The notes beneath the pieces were generated by a model. The model was given only the letters and a program-made list of their open reading frames with translations. It did not search any database and had not been told where the DNA came from. A DNA stretch of 64,000 nucleotides from Malacoraja senta (Eukaryota): NCBI GenBank assembly GCA_038087875.1, contig CM075995.1, positions 5,458,001 to 5,522,000 on the forward strand. Reading direction: 5' to 3'. Of the stretch, positions 1 through 10,910 are shown one piece after another (the stretch's first letter is position 1; every line of letters starts with the position of its first letter). Position numbers and translations under genes: made by a program.

Positions 1-1020
1 TGTAACAAGCACAGAGAGTGCAGACATTATAAAAGTGACAGATACACAGGATGGAAGTACCTCAGGATTATGTTATGTTTTACATTTTATGACCTACTCA
101 AATGGGATCAGGTGTGACAGGATTCAAGAGTATTTTATTAGCATATTCCATGGATCCATGTCTATGTGTTAAGACATATTTGTTGCAATACATTGAGGCT
201 ACAAAGGTCTTATGAAATATGAAAACAAGATTGTTTATCATTCACGAAAAACCATACAAGACAGTGTCAGTTCAGTCTATTTTAAGATGGTTAAAAACAA
301 GTTTTGGTTGCTGCAGGTGTGAACATTGATGGTTTTACATTCCATTCAATTTAGCAGCAACATTGGCGACCAGGGCGAAGGACGTCCCGTCGGCCATATT
401 TTCACAGCCGCCGGGTGATCTAATAAGTTGGTGTTTCAACACTTTTACCATCGACCTATTGCTAATACGGGGCTGTTTGCAGATACTATATTAAGTTCTG
501 CTTAAATTTCCCTGGGTTAAAGGGGATACTGTTAATTCTTTTATTCAAATAAATGAATTATTGCATTTATCATACAAATGTCATTATTAATGCATTGTTG
601 ATTATTTCTCGTTCCGAGTCAATCAATCCAGTGAGAAGCCGGTATTTGTATCTGCGGCATGAAATCACAAAGCTTTAAATCTTCACGTAGTCACTCACGT
701 GACTCCGAAGTAAAATAGTAAGATTAAACGAGAACTTACCAGTTTGAAGTTTGATCTTTATTTTATGAGGAGTTACGTTGGTGATTACGTGCCCACCACA
801 CCCAACCCTTTATCATAAAGGTCAGATGGAAGTTCTTAATTTACTTGTTTTATTTGGTTACCATATTACTTCGTTCTTGTTGTTTGTGATTTCACACCGC
901 TGCTTTGAAGATTGACGCGCAGGCGCCCTGACGGGTCTTCTTCACGTAATCACCAACGTAACTCCTCATAAAATAAAGATCAAACTTCAAACTGGTAAGT
1001 TCTCGTTTAATCTTACTATT
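1..1020 (+). mobile_element. 3' end of DIRS1-like retrotransposon: degenerate tyrosine recombinase (1-~505) plus ICR/right ITR
   Basis: Translation across stops/frameshifts gives QRVQTL...AYSMDPCLCVKTYLLQYIEATK...KPYKTVSVQSILRWLK/QVLVAAGVNIDGFTFHSI...GHIFTAAG*SNKLVFQHFYHRPI, a YR C-terminus; perfect 78-bp inverted repeat 714-791 / 943-1020. Confidence 0.85.
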
Positions 1021-1440
1021 ATAGATCGCCAATCTGAAATGCAATAGAGAATTTGAGCACTTATCAAAAGTATCAATCCCAATTTATTTGGAAACTTAAG
1101 ATGGAGCCGAGTTTAGCTACACGTTTGACAAGCTAATAATATTAGCACATCTGTCATATAGATAATCCAAATTTGTTTGTTTTGGCAATTGAATGTGATT
1201 AATGTTTATTAGTGCAAGGTTGACTGCAAAGTCATATTTCTTTATTAACAAGTTGAGACTTCGAAGATGATGAAATGTGTTCACATTTAAGTTCTCCCTC
1301 CAATTTCTTTCTTCAATTGGAATTTAATATGCTGTTTATAGACAGTTCCTGTTTTGATTGGGGAATATTTTAACTTGAAGCAGGCAAAGTAACCACTTTT
1401 TCCTTCCAAAAAGAGAAAAAAATACCCTGTTTTTATGGGG

Positions 1441-3082
1441 TTTTTTTAAACAATTTTTTTATTAGAAGCAAGTACATAATAAAAACATTTCATATATATC
1501 AATCATACATTGCAAATATTATCAATTATTTATTAAAGCTCTGCTTCTATTTTTTTTTTATATAGATAGAAAATAATAAAGAGAAAAAAAAAAAGCATGG
1601 TAAAAAAAAGAATGGAATAATTTACTAATACTACAACATTGGAGATAGGTTTGAAGATTATTAAGTATAACTTTTCATCTAATCCTGAGCTCCAGCTTCA
1701 TTCAGTTTTCCATGCCGGACCATTCTACCCCTTCAAATAGTCGATAAATGGAGACCATATTCTGACAAAAAGTTCTTGTTTGTCCATTGTCTAATTCTTT
1801 CCAAATGTAAGGTCTCCGACATTTCCATAATCCACATTTTAATTGTGGGGGTTATAGGGCCTTTCCAAAATTTTAATATTAATTTTTTCCCAGTTATTAT
1901 ACTATAGTCGAGAAAGTTTCTTTGGCTTGTAGTAAGTGTTAGGCTTTGTTCTGATATTCCTAATATTATTAGTTTTGAGTCGGGATCCAATTGGGTGTTG
2001 AGAACTTCCGAAATTATTTTTAAAATTTCCGTCCAATTTTTTTTAATTTTTATACAATTTACAAATGTGTGAGTTAAATTAGCCTCTAAATGCTGACATT
2101 TTTCAGAAATAGGAGATATATGTGAGAAGATTCTAGTTAATTTTGTTTTTGAGTAATGTAACCTATGTAATACTTTAAATTGTATTAAAGAGTGTCTGGC
2201 ATTTAACAAGCATTGATGTATATGTTGTAATCTTTCGTCCCAAATATCTTTCATTATTGGTTGGCCTAGTTCATTTTCCCAGGTTTGCCTATATAATTCC
2301 GTCGGTGGTGCCTCACTATCTAGCAGGATATTATAGATATAAGATATTAATTTATCTGTATTAGGATGTTTATTCAAACATTCATCAAGAATTTCTGAGT
2401 CTCTAGTTCTGTAGTCTTGTGTATTTGATTTAACATAATCTCTAAGTTGTAGTTATCTGAAATAGTCATTTGAGTGGAGTCCATAAGTTTGTTGTAACAC
2501 CTGAAATGAAAGAAAGGTACCTTTCCTATATAGATGACCCATCTTCTTAATTCCTTGATTTTTCCATTGTGAAAAACCTTTGTCCAGCATTGAGGGTTTA
2601 AATGTAGGGTTGTTTACAATGGGGAGAGAGAGTGATAAATTATCCAATTTTAAAGTCTTTTTTAATTGCTTCCAAATCCGTATACCACTGTGTATTATAG
2701 GGTTTTCACTATAGTTTTTTTTGTTCAATTTTGTAGGAGAAAACAGAATCGAGCCAATTTCAAAAGGTAAACAGTCTTCCTTTTCCATCTTTAACCAGTC
2801 TGGTTGCTGGTCCATTTCTTCCAACCAAAAGTTCATATTTTTAATGTTCACTGCCCAGAAATAGAGCACAAAATTCGGTAAAGCTAAACCTCCATTTATC
2901 TTTGATTTACATAAATGTTTTTTACTTATTCTGTGATTCTTATAATCCCAAAGAAAGTTAGTGATGATGGATTCCACCTTTTAAAAAAAACTTTTTGGAA
3001 GAAATATCGGAATTGATTGAAAAAGGTACAATAGTTGCGGTAGAAAAATCATTTTTATAGCATTAATTCTACCAAACATTGA
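1441..3082 (-). mobile_element. 5'-truncated L1-clade LINE (ORF2 C-terminus, 3' UTR, A-tail)
   Basis: ORFs 2453-2977 and 1733-2377 (GGLALPNF, QFKVLHRLHYSK) resemble 42787-44046; AATAAA and A-run near 1441-1465 on minus strand. Confidence 0.9.
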
Positions 3083-3260
3083 TGTTTAACCATGAAATAG
3101 TGCACATCTGGGCTGATGGTAGATTGATTTACTGATTAGTTGACCTTGAAATCCATTATCAGACTTTTCTGCCTGCAATGTTTCACTGTCTACATTGGAT
3201 GTTATTCGTGAACTTATAAATGTTCATTTTAACCAAAATTTGTTTCTGAATAATTATTAG

Positions 3261-3359
3261 GGGGAAAAAAGCAAGACTGATCAAAAGATACAATATCGTG
3301 GAGAGAGCTCACTATCAGTGCAATCTTCATCTTCACAATACACAGGAAAAAGAAAATTT
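3261..3359 (+). CDS. SWT1: SWT1 N-terminal coding exon, phase 0/0 (GEKSKTDQ...TGKRKF)
   Basis: TAG acceptor, GTAAGT donor at 3360, 99 nt open, Ser/Lys-rich, phase fits next exon. Confidence 0.7.
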
Positions 3360-3738
3360 GTAAGTTTTTCCCACAATTACCTTTATCAGTCAATCAAATG
3401 TCCCTAGGAATGTCCCCGAATTTGTCCATAATTCTGTGAACCTGGTATATTTTGGCACTGAACTCTTTGCAGTGCAATACAGTGAAACGAAAGGTAGAAT
3501 CATGGAACAATTCAGCACAGAAAAAAGGTAATCAACACAATCTGCCGATGGTGACTCAGAAGTAAAGTAGTTTAAATGGCGCTGCTTATGGCCAAATGTT
3601 TCTTGTAATCTTCATAAATTCTAGGAGCAGAATTAGGCCATTTGGCTAATCAAGTCTACACCACCATTCATTCGCGGCTGATCTATCTTTCCCTCTCAAC
3701 TCTCTATCGTGGCTGATCTATCTTTCCCTCTCAACTCC

Positions 3739-4557
3739 TGGCGGATGTGCAGGAGTGGGCGCCGTTTGTATGGCTGCCTGCCTGCAGTCCGTCCTCTAAC
3801 TTTTTTATTGTCTAAAGCATTTTTTTTGGAGTCTATTCTTTCTATGTGGGGGGGGGGGGAACTGTTTTAACCCCAGTCCTACCTGGTCAGAGATGCGGTT
3901 TTCCTCCAAATCGCATCTCCGATCTCCCCATGCGGCCTTCCATCGGTCTGGAGCGGCGTTCCTGCCGGGACCACAGCTTCGGCGGCACAGCGCTGGGACA
4001 CCAACAAGGAGCGGGCGATGCCTTGCCGGGTCGCTGCTCCGGAGTGCTGTGACCACCGACCACCAACATCGAGCAGCTGCGGTCTGCGGTTTGAGGGCAT
4101 CCTGCCGTGGGCGTGCGGCGCTGGATCGGAAGCACCGCGGAGTCGAAGCACCAACCGGCACGGCCTAAGGTCCACAGGCGTCGCAGTCTCCGGGGAAGGA
4201 GCGGCCGCTCCAGACATTTTTAAGCTGCTGAGGACTTTTCCACCCGATGCGGGTGGGGCCTATAATCATCGGGCTGCCGTTGCGGCGACTGGCTGCAGTG
4301 GCCTCAAACTGGCCCCGACCTCGGGTGGACTAAGAGGAGGAGGAGGACTGGACATTTTGGTGCCTTCCCTCACAGTGGAGAGTGTAGATTCTACTGTGGG
4401 GGGATGTTCGTGTTGAATTTCTTATAGTGTGTTGTGTCATTTTTTTCTACCTCTTTTTATTATTTGTATGGATAGTCTTCCCTGTAAAGCACTTTGGCTT
4501 TTGATTGAAATCGACTGAAAAGTGCTATATAAATAAACTTACTTTACTTTACTACTA
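3739..4557 (+). mobile_element. GC-rich non-autonomous retroelement, copy A (L2-like tail)
   Basis: Shares 5' GGGCGCCG..ATGGCTGCC, G-tract and two hairpins with copies B-E; ends TGTAAAGCACTTT...AAAGTGCTATATAAATAAA(CTTA/CTTTA)n; CTCAAC on both flanks. Confidence 0.75.
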
Positions 4558-4601
4558 CTCAACCCCATTCTCCTGCCTTCACCTTGTAACTTGCTAATTA
4601 A

Positions 4602-4810
4602 AGGGCTTGTCCCACTTGGCCATCATTTGCGCGTAATTTACGCAACATAATTTACGCATCACAACGCGTGCGTCGTGACACGCATGTCATGCGCGCATTG
4701 TGCGCGATGACATAGGCAGTGACGTGCGGCGTCGCAAGATTTTGTGATGTACAAAATCTTCGCTTGCCATCTGCGTGACGCGCAAATGACGGCTAAGTGG
4801 GACAAGCCCT
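4602..4810. mobile_element. PIF/Harbinger-type MITE
   Basis: TIR AGGGCTTGTCCCACTTRGCCRTCATTTGCGCGT at both ends; TAA TSD (4599-4601, 4811-4813). Confidence 0.9.
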
Positions 4811-5562
4811 TAAGAATCTGTGATTCTCTGCCTTAAAAATATCCATTGACGACCTCCACAGCTGTCTGTGGCAATGAATTCCACAGATTCACCATCGTCT
4901 GACTGAAGAAATTCCTTCTCATCTCCTCTCTAAAGGTGCATCCTTTTGTTCTGAGGCTATCGCCTCTGGTCCTAGACTCTCACTAGTGGAAACATCTTCT
5001 CCACATTCACTCTATCTAGGCCTTTCACTATTTGGTAAGTTTCAATTAGGTTCCCCCTCATCCTTCTGAACTCCAGCGAGTACAGACCCAGTGCTGTCAA
5101 ACGCTCATATGTTAAGCCAACCATTCTCGTAAACCTTCTCTGGACCCTCTCCAATGCCAGCACATCCTTCCTCAGATATGGGGTCCAAAACTGCTCACAA
5201 TATCCCAAATGTGTTCTGACAAATGTGGTAAAGCCTCAGCATTACATCCCTGTTTTTGTATTGGAGCCCCCTCGAAATAGCATTGCATTCACATTCCTTA
5301 TTACAGATTCAACTTGCAAATTATTTTTTGGAAATCCTTCACCAGTACTATTTAACTCCACATTTTCTGTTCTTTAACCCTCATTTTATATGACAACCAA
5401 TTTGTATGAAAATCGAAAAAAACTGCAAATGCTGGAATTAGAAAATAAAAACTGAAAAAGTACTCAACAGAGTACTCTTCAGGAAGAGAAACTGAGTTTT
5501 CAAAAGATTGATAACTTTTTGTCAGAACTGGGAAGGAGAGTTCTGATGAAGTGTCTTCTTCG

Positions 5563-6725
5563 TTTAGTTTAAAGATACAGTATAGAAACAGCCCCTTCAG
5601 CTCACCGAGTCCACGCTGACCACTAATCACTCATTCATACTATTTCTACATGATCCCACTTTCTCATGCATTTCTACATATTAGGGGCAATTTTACAGAG
5701 GCCAATTAACCTAAGAAATCGCCCATGGAATGTGGGAGGAAACCGAAACACCTGGAGGAAATCCGCGCGGTCAAGATACAAGATAGATACATTTATTTGT
5801 CACATGTACCAATTGGTACGGTGAAATGTGTGGTCGCCATACGAATAATAAAGAGCACAGAACACGATAGTTTTTAACACGGACATCCCCACACAGCGGG
5901 ATCAGTTTCCCACTGTGAGGGAAGGCTCCAAAATTCAGTCATCCTCCTCTGTTGTCCTCTCTTGGTCGGGGGGCTCCCGAGCCCCCGCTGTCGCCACTAC
6001 GGGCGGCCCGATGTTCAAGCCCGCTCGCCGGGGTGATGGAAGTCCGACGTCGGGACTGGAGGGCATCCTCCGCAGCTTGGACATCCGAAACGGCCACCTC
6101 CTACCAGAGTCCGCGGCTCCCGAAGTCCACAGGCCGCGCCGGGCGGAGATTCAACGCTGGCGGCCCTCGGCAAATGGCCCCAGGTCTCCGCAATGTTGAA
6201 GACGGCGCCGGCCGCGCTGGAAGCTCTGCAGCTCCGATGTTGATGCAGCAGGCCCAGCACTCCGGAGCCTCCACGGCGATCCCAGGTAAGGCATCGCCCG
6301 CTCCGCTGTGAATCCAGCGTTGCGCCGCCACTGCTGGAGCTCTGGTCCGGTCCCTGGCAGGAAAGGCCGCTCCAATCCAGATGGTAGGCCGCGAGGAGGG
6401 GGGCGAGGACGGACTCGGAGAATAGTCGAGTCCTCGCCAGGAAGTGACTGGGAAACGGTTTCCCCCTTACCCTACCTCCCTCCCCCACATAGAAAAGTTA
6501 GAGAAACTAAAGAACATACTTTTAAAACTAACTAAAAATAAAAAAAAGATAGAAAAACAAACAGACTGTAGGCAGAGGCTGCCTTCAGTGCGGCGCCCCT
6601 AGTGGAACCGCACTAGGGGTGCCGCACAGGGAGAGCATACAAACTCCACACAGACAGTTGAGGTCAGCGGCAAACTCTGATTTCTGGTGCTGTGAGGCAG
6701 CAGCTCTAGCAGCTGTACCTTTGTG
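5563..6725 (-). mobile_element. V-SINE (HE1-like) split by insertion at 5774-6626
   Basis: V-domain reads through on removing the insert (GGAGGAAACC...GCGGTCA | CAGGGAGAGCATACAAACTCCACACAGACAG); tRNA-like head ~6660-6725. Confidence 0.75.
5774..6626 (-). mobile_element. GC-rich non-autonomous retroelement, copy B (Rex/Babar-like tail)
   Basis: Colinear with 44500-45348; minus-strand tail CATTTCACCGTACC..GTACATGTGACAAATAAA. Confidence 0.8.
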
Positions 6726-7180
6726 TCTTCTAATGTTTCTCTTCCCATAATGTGGCCTGACTTGCTGAGTATATTCAACATTTATATTTTGTAACCATTT
6801 TGTGTAATATCTGATCAATTGCCTTTGAAAAACCAAATGTACTAAATCCATTGATTTCATGTTTTCCCTCCAAAATAGTTAGATTTATTAAACACATTTT
6901 ATTTCCATTAAATCATGTTGAATTTGCCTTCAATATCAGTATTACATTTTGTGACTTGCTAATTTATCGGAAATGTTTTCAGTTTTCTGGTATAATTTCC
7001 ACGATAAACTGAGGATCTTTTAAAATTTCAAATTATGATCTTGAAGAGGTGTTTGAGTTTCGACAAAGAGCCCATAGGCATTAAAGGATTTTATCTGTGA
7101 CACTAAGTTTATAATCACTGCCTAAGTATAACATGTTCTGAATTTTTGATTTCTTATTGTTCTATATTTTTTTTCATTAG

Positions 7181-7254
7181 AGCCATGTGGAGTTTGAAAC
7201 TACCACAACACTCAAGCGATCCATAGAAGAACGGGCTATATATTACCGGTCTAG
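7181..7254 (+). CDS. SWT1: SWT1 coding exon, phase 0/2 (SHVEFETTTTLKRSIEERAIYYRS)
   Basis: Long pyrimidine tract + TAG acceptor; AG|GTTCGT donor; 74 nt exactly bridges phase 0 at 3359 to phase 2 at 10911. Confidence 0.7.
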
Positions 7255-7769
7255 GTTCGTATCAACTGAGGACTCGATATGGGTTTTAGGTGGTGGTTGG
7301 TAAAGGGATCTTGCAAGAAGTGCATTTGGCTTTGGACTGATGAAATTACAGGACCACACAATCTCGTGGCCTTTCACACTTCTTAGTATCTTACTCTAAT
7401 CTGGTTCTATAGACTATAAGATCCATTCTTCATCCTATTACATCATAGTCTTCTGCATATCCTTGCCAAACATCAGTTTCACTTCACCCCTAATATCTTG
7501 TATACTTTTCTGCTTTTACCACATCCTATTGCTATTGTTATCTCTGTGTCATAATGATGACACAGCCTTGTACCAAAGCCACTTTCACAATTTTTATGGT
7601 ACCTTTCCATCAGATCCTGCATTAACCTTTCCTTTTGCTTCCGTACAATCATTTTGCTTGCTCCCAACCTTCCATAAGCCATACATGTTTAGTATTTTGT
7701 TGCATTTCCTCTGCATGCAATGACTGAAGTCTGCAATTCATGGACATCACCAGTTGCTGGGTGTCTTCT

Positions 7770-9073
7770 CTGGTGATACTCTACCAGGCCTGTATGCTTG
7801 TTTTGGGGGCTAGTCCTCTTCAGTTTTCACTTCAGCATATAAAAGTCAAGCTCAATAGGGTTCAGATCGGGTGATTGACATGGCCACACAAAAATTTACT
7901 ATTTTTTAGCTTTGAAAAAGTCCTTTGTTGCTTTAGCAGTATGTTTGAGATCTTGCTGTAGAATGAACCGCCAATCAATGAGTTTTGAGGCATTTGTTTG
8001 AACTTGAGCAGATAGGATGTGTCTATACACTTCAGAATTCATTATGCTAGTGTATAACTGCCACCAGCAGTTATATCGTCAATGAGGATATGTGAGCCAG
8101 TTCCTTCAGCAGCCACACACCCCCACCACCGTGTTTCACAGATAAGGTGGTATGCTTTTGATCTAGTGTTCAAGAAGGAACTGCAGATGCTGGAAAATCG
8201 AAGGTAGACAAAAATGCTGGAGAAACTCAGCGGGTGCGGCAGCATCTATGGAACGAAGGAAATAGGCAACGTTTCGGGCCGAAACCATTCTTCAGTGTAA
8301 AGAAGGGGTTAGGCCCGAAACGTTGTCTATTTCCTTCACTCCATAGATGCTGCCGCACCCGCTGAGTTTCTCCAGCATTTTTGTCTACCTTTGCTTTTGA
8401 TCTAGGGCAGTTCCTTTTCTCCTCCATACTTTGCTCTTGCCATCACTCTGATATAAGTTAATCTTCGTCTTGGGGAATTTTCTTTATTATAGAGAGAATT
8501 CTTCTGTCATCAGCTGTGGAGGTCTTCCTTGGCCTGCCAGTCCCTTTGCAATTAGAAAGCTCACCAGTGCTCTCTTTCTTCTTAATAATGTTCCAAACAG
8601 TTGATTTTAGTAAGCCTAAACTTTGGCTGATGCCTCTAACAGTTTTATTCTTGTTTCTCAGTCTCATAATTGCTTATTTGACTTTCATTGGCACAACTTT
8701 GGTCCTCATGTCGAAAAACAGCAATAAAAGTTTCCAAAGGTGATGGAAAGACTGGAGGAAAGACTAGGTGCTAAGAGCTCTCTTATATCTACATTAAGGA
8801 GGCATTTAAACACACCTGAGCAATTACAAACACCGGTGAAGCCATACATGTGCCCCAAACATTATGGTGCCCTGAAATGGGGAGACTATATATAAACACA
8901 GCTGTAATTTCTATATGGTGAAACCAAAATGTATAAAAATGGCCCTTAATAAAATTTAACAATGTGCACTTTAACCACATATGATTTTTTTCTATTACAA
9001 ATCTCAAATTGTGGAGTACAGAGGCAAATAAATAAATGATGGGTCTTTGTCCCAAACATTATGCAGTGCACTG
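7770..9073 (-). mobile_element. Degraded Tc1-like transposon (one TIR and transposase N-terminus)
   Basis: ORF 8458-8667 with HTH and GRPRKT; terminal CACTG + TA at 9069-9075; repeated CCCAAACATTATG near 8854 and 9051. Confidence 0.85.
8167..8391. mobile_element. Short palindromic Penelope-derived element (inverted pLTR pair)
   Basis: ~85-bp inverted arms; 14-bp TSD TGCTTTTGATCTAG (8153-8166, 8392-8405). Confidence 0.8.
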
Positions 9074-9074
9074 T

Positions 9075-10280
9075 AGGAGCAGAAGTGGGCGAATTGGCTC
9101 CTGGAGTCCATCGTTCATCGATCATGGTTGATCTTCTACCTCAATAGCATTTTCCTGCACTATTCCTATAACCCTCGATTCCTTTAATATCCAAAAAACT
9201 ATCTATGACTGGGCCTCTGCAGACTCCCCCCTCCCCTGCATGTTACATAATTCCAAAAATTCAACAGATCTGCAGGAAGAAAATCTTCTTATTTTAAAAT
9301 CCCTTTTTGTGATATGGTGGCCTCTGACATGACGTTCTAGACTCCTCAGCCAGGAGAAACATCCTTTCTGTATCTGACTATCAAGCTCTGAAAGAATTTT
9401 GTCAGTTTCAGTGCAATCTCCTGTCATTCTTCTGAACTCCAAAGTGGTTGGGCATATTCACAAACTGCATTGAAATTTGACTGGGTATTAGGAGGCAGAA
9501 TAGTGGTGGATTGATGTTTTTCTGACTGGGTGTGTATAACATGTGGTGTACTGCAGGGATTGATGGTGGGACTTTGTCATTTGAAATTAATATAAATGAA
9601 TGATGAGAGCCTAAGTGGTCTGATTAGCAAGTTTGCAGGCAACACAAAAATTGATGGAGGTTGTAGATGGCGATGAAGGTTGTCTGAAGATACAGTGGGA
9701 CACAACAGTGAGGCAGAGAATAGCGGATGGAATTTTACTTTATGTAACGTAATGCACTTTGAGAGGTTAAATTCTTGTAGGACTTCTAGTGTAAATGGCA
9801 GGGAGCTAAGGAATGGTTATACAGAGAGAACTTGGGGTGCAATTCCATAGCTGCCTGAGAGTGTAGACACAGACGGATAGGGTGATCAATAAGGCATTTG
9901 GCATGCTTGCCTGCATAGGCAGAGGGATTGAACATTAAAGTTGTAGTATGAAACGTTGGTTAGATTGCACTTGGAGTGTAATGTACAGTTCTGGTCGACT
10001 CACTACAGGAAGGATGGCAATAGAGAGTCCAGGAAAGATTCACAAGGATGTTGCCTAGGGTCTACAGTTATGATGTGGTATTGCATAAGTTGAATTTATT
10101 CTCTTTGGAATATAACAGGCTGAGGCGTGACCCTATAGCTGTTCATAAAATTATAAGGGACATGATTAGAATAGTTAGGCAGAATCTAACTCCTAGGGCA
10201 GGGAAGCCTAGAGCTAGAGGGCCTGGGCTTAAGGTGAGAGGAGAGAAGTTTAAAGGAGATCTGAGGGGTAGGTTTCTCAC
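9075..10280. mobile_element. Two degraded CR1 fragments (minus ~9075-9440, plus ~9445-10280)
   Basis: EFRRMTGD and LFSLEYNRLRRD remnants; ISKFA..TK-like RT segment. Confidence 0.7.
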
Positions 10281-10910
10281 ACATTTCTTGTACTCTTTCT
10301 CTCATCCACTTCTCCCATCCAGAAAAATAATTTAAAGCTCAGTGTTTGGAATGTTACTTCAGGCCTCAGGATTACTAGTAATTTAATCAATACATCACAG
10401 CCATACTCTCACGGAAAACTATTCCAGCCATTTCTCACATTCCCAGTTATCATTATTTTTCTCTCTTCTGATAAATCAGATTTCATTTGTCTCCTATTTG
10501 CACATCTCCCGAGATATTATTCACCATCCTCTTTCATCTGGTTCCACTACTTTCCTAATTCAGTCTCTCCTGTTCATCCTGTCAAAAATCCTTGTCTCTT
10601 TCCCATTCCTCTTTTTCTGCAACTTAAAACATTTATTTCTATTTTTTCCCAGTTCTGATCCCTTTACTTTGGACATAATGAATTGAAAAGTACTGTTCTT
10701 AGTCCTACTTGTGGCTGAATATAGTCCTAGAGTCAGATGTAGTGGCAAATTGAAATAACATGTTTTACTTCATTAAAGAGTTAATGCTGTAAAGATAATA
10801 TCAACTCCATTGGCCAATCTATTGCCATGAATCCAGAATGAAACGAGGGAGCATTAGGTAAACATTGTGACTAAGATTATTAGGATTTTTATGTTATATT
10901 CTTTACCTAG

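Larger units (their letters stand above)
3615..5350 (-). mobile_element. CR1 LINE 3' fragment interrupted by a GC-rich element and a Harbinger MITE
   Basis: ORF 4972-5208 (QFWTPYLRKD...LGLYSLEFRRMRG); CR1 3' UTR resumes on both sides of each insert. Confidence 0.85.

Noticed and set aside
361..430. CpG-rich patch with YY1-like GCCATATT as possible SWT1 promoter
   Set aside because: Lies within the degenerate DIRS recombinase frame
3805..4416. Many overlapping ORFs in GC-rich elements (also 5915-6535, 44591-45284, 55791-56718)
   Set aside because: Stop-poor GC-rich sequence; no frame or protein motif conserved between copies
6381..6480. Minus-strand CCUCCUCGCGG-CCUACC with upstream GGUAGG, resembling an HDV-like ribozyme
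   Set aside because: No P1.1 GG directly after P1, no clear J4/2 or P2, and not conserved in the other four copies
10867..10910. Start of the 462-aa ORF as a stand-alone gene
   Set aside because: Begins at GTG in intronic sequence; the acceptor at 10910 explains it as an internal exon
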